A stretch of DNA of 64,000 nucleotides from an uncultured Gemmatimonadaceae bacterium (GCA_963829055.1 CAWHHI010000020.1:960001-1024000), one strand, 5' to 3'. Counted from the stretch's first letter, positions 10,586 through 21,405 are shown. Program-made: numbers and translations. Notes: a model not told the origin generated them from the letters alone.

Positions 10586-10736
10586 TGTTATCTCCGCGTT
10601 AGGGCTGACGGGCCGGTCGTCATCGGATCGGGCGCGCAGAATGTACTGCATGACTGCGGTAATCGGGCTGAGCGCTCGACGCCTTGCGGCGCGACCACAG
10701 CATCGTGGGCGTCCATGGTTTGTAGAGGAACAATCG

Positions 10737-10795
10737 TGGACATAGCCTTGACAAATGGTTATTCATCGCCAAATTGCATGGACAAACGGTGGACA
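10737..10795 (+). promoter_or_regulatory. Sigma70-like promoter (TTGACA -35) overlapped by TnGACA repeats at 11-bp spacing
   Basis: TGGACA 10737 / TTGACA 10748 and TGGACA 10779 / TGGACA 10790, upstream of the DUF4397 gene. Confidence 0.55.
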
Positions 10796-10885
10796 GCATG
10801 CGGCCACCGTCGCCGGGGCGGACGACAGACCGAGTCAGTCCTCACCTTCGCCCGGTCCGCCAACACACCCATACGAGGATCCGCC

Positions 10886-11581
10886 ATGATCAACAAACCG
10901 ACTCTCACGCTGGCGCTGCTCGCGACGTTCGCGGTCGCAGCGTGCAGCGACGATGACAACGTGACCGCCCCCGTCACCACGGCGCAGTTGCGCGTCGTGC
11001 ATGCGTCACCCGACGCACCGAACGTGGACGTTCTCGTCGACAATGCGCCGGCGCTCACGAATGTCGCGTACAAGGTGGCGTCGAATTACCTCGACGTTCC
11101 GTCCGGGAGCCGCAACCTGAAGGTGCGCGCGACTGGGACGACCACGGTCGTCATCGACGGAAACAGCACGCTCGCCGAGGGCGTTTTCTACACGGTACTC
11201 GCGACCGGTCGCGTCGCGTCGATCGCCCCACTCGTGCTGACGGACGACCAGACGAGCCCCGCCTCGGGCAACATTCGCCTGCGCCTGGTGCACGCGTCGC
11301 CAACCGCCGGGAACGTCGACATCTACGTGACCGCGCCGTCAGCCGACATCGCTACGGCGACGCCGACGCTGGCGAACGTGCCGTTCCGCGCGGCGTCGGG
11401 CTATCTCGAGGTTCCGGCCGGAACGTATCGCGTACGCATCACTCCAGCCGGTACCAAGACCGTCGCGATCGACGTCAATAACGTCGCGCTCGTCGCCGGT
11501 CAGGTGCGAACCGCGGTCGCCGTCGACGCTCCGGGCGGTGGGGCGCCACTTGGTGCGATTCTTCTCGCCGACAAGAACTGA
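10886..11581 (+). CDS. DUF4397-domain lipoprotein
   Basis: Lipobox FAVAAC; two repeats of (V/L)VHASP.A.NVD(V/I); GAGG RBS. Confidence 0.92.
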   Translation: MINKPTLTLALLATFAVAACSDDDNVTAPVTTAQLRVVHASPDAPNVDVLVDNAPALTNVAYKVASNYLDVPSGSRNLKVRATGTTTVVIDGNSTLAEGVFYTVLATGRVASIAPLVLTDDQTSPASGNIRLRLVHASPTAGNVDIYVTAPSADIATATPTLANVPFRAASGYLEVPAGTYRVRITPAGTKTVAIDVNNVALVAGQVRTAVAVDAPGGGAPLGAILLADKN

Positions 11582-11675
11582 GCCGAGCCAGTCGGTAGAT
11601 GCCGCACGGCCAGGTCACTCGCGTCCAGGTGGCCGGCCGTGTTGCACTCGCGGCATCCGCGCGACGCACTCACAC

Positions 11676-12245
11676 CTACTGCAGCCCGTACACCACGATC
11701 TGGCTCGCGCTGGACCCACCCGGCCAGATCGGCGACTTCATCCCCGCCGCCACGCCGATCCGCTGCTTCCCGCCGGCGAGATAACTCACGATCCCGCCGC
11801 CCATCGACTGCCCCGTCGTTAGGCGCCAGAGCACCGCGCCCGTTCGCGGCATCGAACGCGTACAGCGTCCCGCCCAGGTCCGCGGCGAACACGACGCCTC
11901 CCGCGGTCGGCGTGAGGCCCGCGAGCACGGGACGCGACGCCGCGAACTTCCACCGCACCGCCCCGTTGTCCGCGTCGAACGCGGTGAGCCACCCCCTCGC
12001 GCTGTCCGGCGGATCCAGCCGCTGCGACGCGGCGCCGAACCACCCGGCCCCCTTCGCCGGAACGGGCGCGGACTCGGCACGAGCTGCACGGTCGCGCACC
12101 AGTCGACGGCGCCGACGTAGATCGTGTTCAGTGCCGGATGAAACGCGGCGCCATTCCATTCGGATCCGCCGAGGTAGCCGGGACAGAACCGCGTCTTCGT
12201 GTCCGGCGTGAGCGGCGCTTCGATGTCTCGCGCGTAGGGCTGACG
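11676..12245 (-). pseudogene. C-terminal fragment of a PQQ-binding beta-propeller dehydrogenase, frameshifted
   Basis: RFCPGYLGGSEWNGAAF..GWLTAFDADNGAVRWKF..TAGGVVFAADLGG..GGGIVSY.AGGKQRIGVAAG; the N-terminal part is absent. Confidence 0.75.
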
Positions 12246-12309
12246 GGCGGTCGTCATCGGATCGAGTGCGCAGTGTACCGTCGCGCGTCCCGGGAGTGTC
12301 GAGCCAATT

Positions 12310-12589
12310 CCGTACGGGGAGTTGCTCGTGCCCCCGGACGTGGCGCATTTCACCAGCGCGCCGTCGTCGAGCGCATCGTCGCACGTGGATGCGTAGCTCC
12401 TGGTCGAACACGTCGGTTATGTTCTCACGTCGCCGTCTGACGTCGAGCTCGAGCCGGAGTTCATACACCGCGACTCTACGCCGTGGACGAACGGCGGAGG
12501 TGATCGCGGGACAGTGGTGTGGCCGGCCGGCGAAACAACTCCACTCGCGCTCGACATCGGCGCCCTGTTCCCGCGTTCTGGACACGTGA
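12310..12589 (+). pseudogene. Degraded Uma2-family endonuclease
   Basis: Across frames: GELLV, HQRAVVE, EHVGYVLTSPSDVELEPE, WPAGETTPLALDIGALF; the central PD..E.. part is missing. Confidence 0.5.
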
Positions 12590-12690
12590 CCGCGTCGGAT
12601 CGCGTTAGGCGCTCGAACCGTACGAGGCGGTCACGGATTACCTGGGGCCGGACTGGTAGTAGAACGGCCGTTCTTGACGCAGAAGCCCCC

Positions 12691-13084
12691 TCACGGCAGG
12701 AGTCGAAACCCCTCGGCGGTGAAGTCCGGGTCGAGGCCCATCACGTCCGTGAGCCCTTCGGCGTCCATTACGACGAAGCTCACCACGTCGACGAGGCTCA
12801 CCTTCCGCTTATCGGTGCGGAAGAGTCGCTGACGGCGCGACAATGCAGCTCGCTCGAGACCCACTGCACGGTCACGAGCGGCAGGATCCGCTCGTTCCAG
12901 GTCGCGGACAGGTGCGCGGCCAATGCGGTGCAGCACGCGCATGTCCACGCTGACGCTAGTTCGTCGTCACCATTCGGCGGCCGCGCTCCGCCGCTGCGCG
13001 GAACGCCTCCAGCATCGCGCTGTGATCGCGCTCGGTGCGCACGAGCAGCGCATAGAACCCAGACGTGTCGACGAACAGGCTCAC
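12691..13084 (-). CDS. vapC: PIN-domain toxin (VapC-like), interrupted by frameshift/stop
   Basis: VSLFVDTSGFYALL..TTN..SLVDVVSFVVM..DPDF..GF; its GTG overlaps the antitoxin stop. Confidence 0.8.
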
Positions 13085-13338
13085 CGCCGATACGCGTCGT
13101 GCAGATACTTGTCGTGCTCCTGCGCGACGTCCGTCGCCCCCTCCGGATCCTCGTGGGTTCCTGCAACCTGCAATGCGTCGCGCACGCGTTGCGCACGAGT
13201 AGGCACGCCGTGCTCCGCCTCGAGTTGCTGGTCGACGCATCGGCGGATGGCCTCGGACAGCGAGATACCGCGCTGCTGCGCCCAGCGCTTGAGCCGCCGA
13301 TACTGGTCGGGCGTGAGCTGGATCTGAGTACGCACCAT
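13081..13338 (-). CDS. CopG/RHH-family antitoxin
   Basis: MVRTQIQLT..LKRWA..GISLSEAIRRCVD..DVAQEHDKYL; directly upstream of the PIN gene. Confidence 0.88.
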   Translation of the reverse strand: MVRTQIQLTPDQYRRLKRWAQQRGISLSEAIRRCVDQQLEAEHGVPTRAQRVRDALQVAGTHEDPEGATDVAQEHDKYLHDAYRR

Positions 13339-13390
13339 GATGTAATCAGTAATGATGTAACGATACGTATTGAATGTTACGGCAGAGCCC

Positions 13391-13670
13391 AAACGGCGCC
13401 GAAACGGCGCGAATCCCGAAGGCGCGAAATCCCGAACGGCGCGAAATCCCAGAAGGCGCCAAATGCCAGAGGCGCGAAATCCCGAACGGCGACAGAATGC
13501 GGAACGGCGAGAAGCGGCGGTCGTGGGACGGCGTTCCGCCCTTTGTCGTCGTTCGGGATTTCGCGCCGTCGGGATTTCGCGCCTTCGGGATTTCGCGCTC
13601 TTCGGGATTTCGCGCCGTTCGGGATTTCGCGCCGTCTCACGCCGTGCGCCGTCTCACGCCGTTGGTACTG
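13391..13670. repeat. Fold-back element: about 5 x 17-bp GGCGCGAAATCCCGAAC, a spacer, then about 5 inverted copies
   Basis: Read directly; a homologous copy lies at 19661-19913. Confidence 0.92.
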
Positions 13671-13740
13671 GCGCGCCGCCCCTGAATTCCGGACCTTCAG
13701 CTGCCCCGTTCTACCCCTCACGCGACCGAGATCCCCGACA

Positions 13741-14908
13741 ATGCACGGCCAATTCATCTGGTACGAGCTCACCACGCCCGACGTCGACGCGGCGAAGAAG
13801 TTCTACCCGCGCTTCACCGGGTGGGGGACGCAGCCGTTCGACAACGACTATACGATGTGGACCACCGACGGCGTTCCGATCGGCGGCCTGTTCCAACTCA
13901 GCGACGAGATGCGGCAACAGGGCGTTCCACCGAACTGGATGCCGTACGTCGAATCCAACGACGTCGACGACACCGTCGCGAAGGCGACGTCGTTAGGCGC
14001 CCAGCTCCTCCACGGCCCCGAGGATATCCCCGGCGCCGGCCGCATCGCGGTGCTGCAGGATCCTCAGGGCGCCGCGTTCGGCGTCTACAAGTCGACCAGC
14101 GGCATGAGCGGGTGGGACGGCACGGCGTCCGTCGGACGCTTCTCGTGGCACGAGCTCATGACCACCGACCGCGTCGCCGCGTTCGAGTTCTATCGCGCGC
14201 TGTTCGGCTGGGAGAAGAACGGCGAGATGGACATGGGCGGCGGCGAGATCTACTCCATGTACGGCCACGGCCAGAACATGTACGGCGGCATGTTCAACGC
14301 GACCGGCGACATGGCCGGCAATGCGCCCGTTCTGGCTCGTGTACATCAACGTGAAGGACGTCGGCAAGGCAGTGGCCGCCGCCACGAAGGCGGGCGGCGC
14401 GGTCCACCGCCCACAGATGGACATCCCCGGCGGCTCGATCGCCATCCTCGGCGACCCACAAGGCGCTGGATTCGCGCTGCATCACGTGAGCGCCCAGGCA
14501 CCTGCGGCGCTGCCAGCCGCAAAACCAACCGCGAAGAAAGTCGCGAAGGCGCTCAAGGGAGCGGCGAACTCGCTCGTGAGGGCGGCAAAGAAGGTCACCA
14601 GGAAAGTCGCGACCGCGACAAAGAAGGCCGAGAAGAAAGTCGCCAAGAAAGTCGCGAAGACGGCCAAATCGGCGACGAAACACACCGCGAAGGTAGCAAC
14701 GAAGAAGACTCCGAAGAAACCCGCGCGAGCCGCCACTCGGTCGAAGACAACGGCCAGGACGGCGTCGAAGACTCCCGCTAAGCGGCCGTCAAAGACCGCG
14801 TCGAAAAACGCGTCGAAGAGTCGGTCGAAGAGCGCGTCCAAAGCGAGGCCTAACGCGCGCAAGAAGACGAAGACAGCCAGGAAGTCGGGAGCGACACGGC
14901 GCCGGTAG
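13741..14908 (+). CDS. Two-domain VOC/glyoxalase protein with Lys/Ala-rich histone-H1-like C-terminal tail; frameshift at ~14320
   Basis: MHGQFIWYELTTPD..GRIAVLQDPQGAAF..FSWHELMTTD, then ORF 14321..14908 (WLVYINV..GDPQGAGFALH) followed by a KKVAKKVAK-type tail. Confidence 0.85.
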
Positions 14909-14944
14909 CTGCCGCATCAGGACGGAGCGGTTGGCGGTGGAACC

Positions 14945-15499
14945 CTAGCGAAGCACCTCTGCAAGCGCGCACGTAAAACCAGGGAGGACCGGGCTGGCGT
15001 CGAGAAGGCCATCCGACGAGACAATCGTCAGCCCGCCGTCGTCCCGATACGTGCGCGCCTCGACGCGGGACGGGTCGATGACCCACACGAGCATCGTTCC
15101 CGCGTCGATCCATTGCCCCACTTTGGTCAGCACCTCACCGGGCCGGTCATCGGGCGAAACGATCTCTGCAACCAGATCGGGCGCGAACGCGGCGTACCCA
15201 CGGGACGGAATCAGCCCGACGCGTGCGCGGCAAACGACAGCCACATCCGGCGCGCGCACAGTGTCAGGATCGGATTCGATCTTGAATCCGGTATCCTGCC
15301 CGCACACGACACCGAGGTTGTTTCGGTAGACGTGGTCGGCGAGAAGGTACGCCAGCCTCGCGGCAATGCTGCCATGTCGCGTGCCTGGTGGCTCGCGAAC
15401 GAGCAGCCGTCCGCGCCAGAGCTCGGTCGCCTTCCCGGCCGCGTCCAGCCGCAGAAGCTCCTCAGCCGTAAGAAGATGGGCCATCGAGTCAGCGGGCAT
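14945..15499 (-). CDS. Uma2-family (PD-D/ExK) endonuclease
   Basis: EL.RG.L..EPP..HG..DTVRAPDVA..APDLVAEIVSP..VWVIDP..VLPGF; alternative start GTG at 15505. Confidence 0.92.
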   Translation of the reverse strand: MPADSMAHLLTAEELLRLDAAGKATELWRGRLLVREPPGTRHGSIAARLAYLLADHVYRNNLGVVCGQDTGFKIESDPDTVRAPDVAVVCRARVGLIPSRGYAAFAPDLVAEIVSPDDRPGEVLTKVGQWIDAGTMLVWVIDPSRVEARTYRDDGGLTIVSSDGLLDASPVLPGFTCALAEVLR

Positions 15500-15665
15500 G
15501 GCCACACTATGATCCTCGCGGAGTGGGGGGTCAACGGGTTAGGGCGGAGAATCGCGAGGCCCACGCCTTCGGGCATCATCGTGCGGTCGCAGTCCCCACC
15601 GTTTCGACGCCCTAGCGGGTGTCTTACCGCGCCCTAGCTTCCGTCGAACCTCGCACCCACTTCCC

Positions 15666-18600
15666 ATGCGATCCATCGTTCGCACGTTCGCGGCTATCAC
15701 GCTCTCCGCCAGCGCGTTATCGGCCCAGGGCACCCGCCTGCTTCGCGACCCATCGCTCGGCCCGTCGGCAATCGCGTTCACCTACGGCGGCGACCTCTGG
15801 GTCGTCGGACGCCAGGGCGGCGAGGCGAGGCGCCTCACGAGCACGCCGGCGGTCGAGGAGGATCCACAGTTCTCCCCCGACGGCAAGTGGATCGCCTTCA
15901 CATCCAATCGCGGCGGCGGCAACGCCGTCTACGTCGTCTCGGCCGACGGCGGCGATCCGCGCCGCCTGACGTGGAGCCCCGCCGGCGAAAGCGCCCGCGG
16001 CTGGACGCCGGACGGACGCCGAGTCCTGTTCGCCTCGAGCCGAGTGTCGGCGCCGACCGCGTACGAGAAGCTGTGGACGATTCCGCTGGACGGCGGACCG
16101 GCGCAGATGCTCCCCGCCTACATGGGCTTCCGCGGCAGCTTCTCGCCCGACGGCAAACGCATCGTCGTGGACCGTGTGGATCGATGGGACGTGGAGTTCC
16201 GGAGCTACCGCGGCGGCCAGAACACACCGCTCACCATCACCGACGTCGCCAACGGCGAGCGAGACGCGCCTGCCTAACGAACGGACGATGGACATCGACC
16301 CCGTCTGGGTCGGCGAGACGATCTACTTCCTGTCCGACCGCGACTGGGCAACGAACGTCTGGTCCTTCGACACGCGGTCGTCACAGCTCAAGCAGCTCAC
16401 GCAGTTCAAGGACGCCGACGTGAAGACGATGGACGCGCGCGAGAACGCCATCGTCTTCGAGCAGGACGGGTACCTCTGGATGATGGACCCCGTCGGCTCG
16501 GCCCCGAAAAAGCTGACGATCACCGCGCACGGCGATTTCCCGTGGGCGACCGCGCACTGGACGGACGTCACCCGCTCGATCGCGTCCGCGTCGTTAGGCC
16601 CGAACGGCAAGCGCGCGCTGTTCGAGGCGCAGAGGCGAGATCTTCACGGTGCCGGTCGAGAAAGGCGACGCCCGCAACCTCACACACTCGTCAGGCGCCG
16701 CCGATCGCGCACCCGTGTGGTCGCCGGACGGGCAGCGCGTCGCGTGGTTCTCCGACGAAGGCGCCGGCTACCGGCTGCTCATCGGCAATGGCGACGGACT
16801 CGGCACGCCGCGCGCGATCGCGATCGGCGATGCCGAAGATGGCGTGGACACCGACGTGGTCGCCCGACGGAAACCACATCGCGTTCGTGGACAACAAGGT
16901 GCGCATCCGCGTCGTGAATCTCGCGAGCGGCGCCATCACCGTCGCCGACACCGGCGGCGGCTCCACGGACCTCAACGCCATGCGACCCGTGTGGTCACCG
17001 GACTCGAAGTGGCTCGCCTACGCCAAGACGTACCCGAACCAGTTCCGCCGCGTCGTGGTGTGGTCGCTGGCCAACGGGAGCAAGCACGTGCTCACCGACG
17101 CACTGGCCAGCGCGGCCGAGCCGGCGTGGGATGCGAACGGACGCTGGCTCTACTTCCTCGCCAGCACCGATCTCGGCGTTCAGAGCGGCTGGGCCGACCT
17201 CGGCTCACAGACCCGAACGTCCACGTCTGGCGTCTACGTCGCACTGCTGCGCGCCGACGAGCCCACGCCGTTCACGCCCGAGAGCGATGAAGAGCGCGCG
17301 GCTCGTACGGCCGGTACGCCGCCACCAGGAGCACCGTCACCGACGACACCGCCGCCGGCCGCGCCGCCGGGCGGTGCCGACACGACTCGTCGGCAGCCTA
17401 ACGATTCTGCGCGCGCCGGCGGCGACGCGGCTCGCGCACCGAACGTTCGCATCGACTTCGATCGCTTCGACCGCCGCATTCTCGCGCTGCCCATGCCGGC
17501 GCGGGACTACGCGCAGCTCATTCCGGGACCGACCGGCATTCTGTTCGTGGCCGAGCGGGTGCCGAATCAGCCCGGGACGACGCTGCACAAGTGGGAGATG
17601 ACCGGCCGCAAGGTCTCCGTGTTCGTCAGTGGTGTCGGGCGTGTCTCGACGTCGAGCGACGGAAAGAAGATCTTCTGGCAACAGAGCACCGCGACCTAAC
17701 GGCAACTGGGTGATAGCCGGCACCGACGCGCCACCTCGCGCGGGCGACGGCGTGGTGCGCGTCGCGCTCGGCGCCCAGATCGACCCGGCGCTCGAGTGGA
17801 AGCAGATCTTCGACGAAGCCTGGCGCATCGAGCGCGACTTCTTCTACGCGCCGAACCTGCACGGCGCCGACTGGACGGCGGTGCGAGCGCGCTACGAGCC
17901 GCTCATCCCACACGTCAAGCACCGCGCCGACCTCACGTACATCCTCGACATGCTCGGCGGCGAGCTGTCGGTTGGGCATTCGTTCGTCGGCGGTGGCGAC
18001 AACCCGCAGGTGGACAGCTCGCGCGTCGGCGCGTTAGGCGCCGACCTCGTGGCCGACGGCGAGCGCTGGCGCATTGCCCGCATCTACACGAGCGAGAGCT
18101 GGAACCCGGGGCTGCGCGCGCCGCTCGACGCGCCGGGCGTGAAGGCACGCGTCGGCGACTATCTGCTCGAGGTGAACGGCGTGCCGGTGACGACGCGCGA
18201 CGAGCCGTGGAAAGCGCTCGACGGCACGGCCGAGCGTCAGACGGTGCTGCGCCTGAGCGAGCGCGCGAGTGGCGACGCGGCGTGGAACGTGACCGTCGTC
18301 CCGGTACGCTCCGAGACGCAGCTTCGCCAGCGCGCGTGGATCGAGGACAATCGTCGCCGCGTGGACTCGCTCTCGCGACGGAACGCTGGCGTACGTGTGG
18401 GTGCCTAACACGAGCCGGCCTGGCGTCACGTCCTTCGATCGCTACTACTTCGCGCAGCAGGATCGCAAGGGCGCCGTGATCGACGAGCGGTTCAACAGTG
18501 GCGGGCTGCTCGACGACTACATGGTGACGATCATGAACAAGAAGCTCGTCGGCGGCGTCACGGACTACGTCCCGGGCGTGAGCAGCGTGCAGTCTCCCGA

Positions 18601-19011
18601 TCAGCGGCGTGCCGGGCCCAAAGGTGCTCGTCACGAACGAGCTCGCGGGCTCCGGCGGCGACTTCTTCCCGTGGGTGTTCCGGCAGTTGAACGTCGGTCC
18701 GCTCATCGGCACGCGCACGTGGGGTGGGCTGGTCAATGCGTCGGTGCCCTACCCGCTCGTCGATGGCGGCACGATCACCGCGCCGGCGCGGGCGGTGTTC
18801 GGGCCTAACGGGTTCATCGCCGAGGGTGAGGGCGTGCACCCGGATCTGGAGGTCCTGCAGGAATCGCGACTCGTTATGCAGGGCCGCGATCCGCAGCTCG
18901 AGCGCGCGGTGGACGAGGCGCTCAAGCTGGTCGCGACGAAGGGTGTGCGAGGCCGCGAAGACGCCGGCGTTCCCGGTGAAAGCGAAACGACCAACGACCG
19001 TGGTGCCATAA
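15666..19011 (+). CDS. Tricorn protease (S41 family), split by about 7 frameshifts
   Basis: TRLLRDPSL..IAFTYGGDLW, SYRGG, PD40 repeats, EWKQIFDEAWRIERDFFY, PDZ-like domain, IDERFNSGG, NELAGSGGD.FP, IGTRTWGG, DPQLERAV. Shifts at about 16260, 16630, 16830, 17693, 18380, 18600 and 18947. Confidence 0.88.
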
Positions 19012-19040
19012 CACTCGTGGCGACGTTCGAAGGAACGACA

Positions 19041-19649
19041 ATGGCGACGCACGCTCGTCGGTGGACGGCCGTTGTCATCGCCCTCGCGGGTTGTGCGAGG
19101 CCCGGCGCGTCGGGCGGCGCGGGTCACGCCACGCCAATCTCGCGGGCTGACCCGCTGATGGAGTTGGGCACGCTTCCCGGCGGGAGCTCGTTCACCATCG
19201 ATGCCGGCGTATCGGACGTCCGGCTCTCTCTCGAGGCGCGCGACTCGGTCGTCTGGGCGTTCGAGGCAAAGCCGCCCGGCTGCGCCACCGCCGAGGCCAC
19301 GCCTGGACGACTCACTGTCGCGCACCACCACGACAACTGCTCGGCGCGCTGGGACGTTCACGCCCCGCTCATTGCCGACGTGCGCGTCGACGTTTCCGTC
19401 GGCGACGTCGACGTGAGCGCTCCTCTCGATCGTGCGCTCCGCCTTCGCGCGAATGTCGGCAGCGTGCGGCTCCGCATCGACAATCGGGAGCTGCATCATC
19501 GCGGCTCGCCTGGCTCCGGCGACCAACTCGAGCTTGGCGACTTGAGCTCGGTGCCTCGGCTCGACGTACGAACGGGCGTCGGCTCCGTGAGGGCGGACAT
19601 GTTCGCCGACGCGAGCCTCCGTCCACCTGTCATGCGCGCCCCCAGATGA
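19041..19649 (+). CDS. Hypothetical lipoprotein with adhesin/DUF4097-like beta repeats
   Basis: AAGGA RBS; lipobox VIALAGC; repeats VSVGDV, ANVGSV, TGVGSV. Confidence 0.7.
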   Translation: MATHARRWTAVVIALAGCARPGASGGAGHATPISRADPLMELGTLPGGSSFTIDAGVSDVRLSLEARDSVVWAFEAKPPGCATAEATPGRLTVAHHHDNCSARWDVHAPLIADVRVDVSVGDVDVSAPLDRALRLRANVGSVRLRIDNRELHHRGSPGSGDQLELGDLSSVPRLDVRTGVGSVRADMFADASLRPPVMRAPR

Positions 19650-19660
19650 ACGCAGGGCAG

Positions 19661-19913
19661 CAGTACCGGCGCGAAATGCCGAACGGCGCGAAATGCCGAA
19701 CGGCGCGAAATCCCAGACGGCGCCAAATCCCAGACTGCGCGAAATCCCAAAGAGCGCGAAATCCCGAAGAGCGACAAAGAGCGGAACGGCACCGCCGTTT
19801 GGCGCCTTCTGGGATTCCGCGCCGTTCGGCATTTGGCGCCCTTCGGGATTTCGCGCCGTTCGGGATTTCGCGCTGTCTGGGATTTCGCGCCGTTACGTGG
19901 CCCTGCGCCGTTT
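19661..19913. repeat. Second fold-back element: 6 + 5 opposing 17-bp units, in reverse orientation to the first
   Basis: Starts CAGTACC-GGCGCGAAATGCCGAAC..., central GCGACAAAGAGCGGAACG; lies between convergent genes. Confidence 0.92.
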
Positions 19914-19914
19914 C

Positions 19915-21220
19915 TCAGTTCGCCTTTAGGTTGGCAGCATCGAGCTTGACTCGATTCGTCTCCGGCAGGAAAACCGTGGCGATGATGGTCACGGCGCAGC
20001 ATGCAACCATGTAGCCTGCTACCGCTCCCGAGCCGTACCGCGCAAGCAGCACCGTAGCGATGAACGGCGCGACACCGCCCGACACGACCGACGTGAGCTG
20101 ATAGACGAGTGATGCCCCGGTATACCGCACGTGCGTCCCGAACAGCTCCGACAGCGTCGCGCCCATCGGCCCGTACATCATGTCGTGCCCGAAGTTCATG
20201 GCCAGGATCATCGCGAGAATGACGAACCCCGGCCCGCGCTCGACCAGCCAGAAAAACGGAAACGCGACGAGCAGCGAGGCAATGCCGCCGGCGAGGTAGA
20301 CCGGTCTCCGCCCAATCCGATCCGAGATGTGCGACCACAGCGGAATCGTGAACAGGCCGAGTAACGAGGCGATCATCACGCCGCGCAGCATCACGGATCG
20401 CGGATAGCCTAACGTCTTCTCGCCGTAGCTCAGCACGAACACCGTGTAGATGTAGAAGATCACGTTCTGGGCGAACCGCATCCCCATCCCGATCAACACC
20501 TCGCGCGGGTGCTCGCGGAACACGTCGAGCAGTGGCGCGCGCGATTCGCGCCGAGCGTCCTTGAGCTTCTCGAACGACGGCGACTCGAGCACGCGGAGAC
20601 GGATGAAGAGCCCGACGCCGACGAGTAGCACCGAGACCAGGAACGGCACACGCCATCCCCACGCGAGAAAAGCGGGCTCCGGGAGCCGCGACGAGAGCAC
20701 CGCGAACACGAGCGTCGAGAGCAGCAGCCCGCCCGGCACGCCCATTTGTGGCCACGACCCATGGAAGCCTCGGCGTTCGCCGCCCGAGTGCTCCACCGCG
20801 AGCAGTACCGCCCCGCCCCACTCTCCGCCGACGCCGAAGCCCTGGATGAACCGGAGCACCACGAGGAGAATCGGCGCCCAGATGCCGATCTGGCTGTACG
20901 TCGGAATCAGTCCGATCAGCGCGGTCGCGACGCCCATGATCAGCAGCGACCACACGAGCATCTTCTTCCGTCCGAACCGATCGCCGTAGTGACCGAACAC
21001 GATGCCGCCTAACGGGCGTGCCACGAACCCCACGGCGAACGTGCCGTAGGCGCTGAGCGTCCCGGCCAACGGTTCGAGCGTCGGGAAGAACAGTCGGTTG
21101 AAGACCAGCGCCGCGGCGGTGCCGTAGAGGAAGAAGTCGTACCACTCGATCGTGGTGCCGATGAAGCTGGCGACCACCACTCGCCGGAGCTCGGCCGACT
21201 TCTCGTCGCTGGGTTGTCAT
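19915..21220 (-). CDS. MFS transporter, MHS (ShiA-like) family; frameshift near the 5' end
   Basis: ASFIGTTIEWYDFFLYG, GDRFGRKK, QGFGVGGEWGGA, WGWRVPFL, SELFGTHVRYTG. Confidence 0.92.
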
Positions 21221-21377
21221 GGGGGGCCCAAGTACGACCGAGACAATACGGAGCGCAAGGGGCTAGAGTCGTTGACCGGGCACGGTCGTGGACGCCATGG
21301 ACTCCGGCTGTACGATCATTCGCATATCCCGGCGACCTCTGCCCGACCTATGCGGTGCCAGGCCGACAGTCGACTAT

Positions 21378-21405
21378 TATGTCACACGTGCATATTCGTG
21401 ACATA
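21378..21405 (+). promoter_or_regulatory. Inverted repeat TATGTCAC-N12-GTGACATA flanking a -10-like CATATT; candidate TA operator and leaderless promoter
   Basis: Perfect 8-bp arms immediately before the antitoxin ATG. Confidence 0.6.

Noticed and set aside
12514..14781. 755-aa ORF, and similar long ORFs 18558..19832, 19496..21220, 38613..41483 and the 5' extension of 7543..9471
   Set aside because: Chance read-through of repeats or shadow frames in high-GC DNA; only sub-segments show family motifs.
15666..19011. Programmed frameshifting or phase variation in tricorn, GH127 and others
   Set aside because: Too many shifts per gene, no consistent slippery or homopolymer tract, and unrelated genes are affected; sequencing error is simpler.
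13391..19913. 17-bp arrays as CRISPR or plasmid iterons
   Set aside because: No unique spacers, units are contiguous and arranged as two opposing arms, and there is no cas or rep gene.
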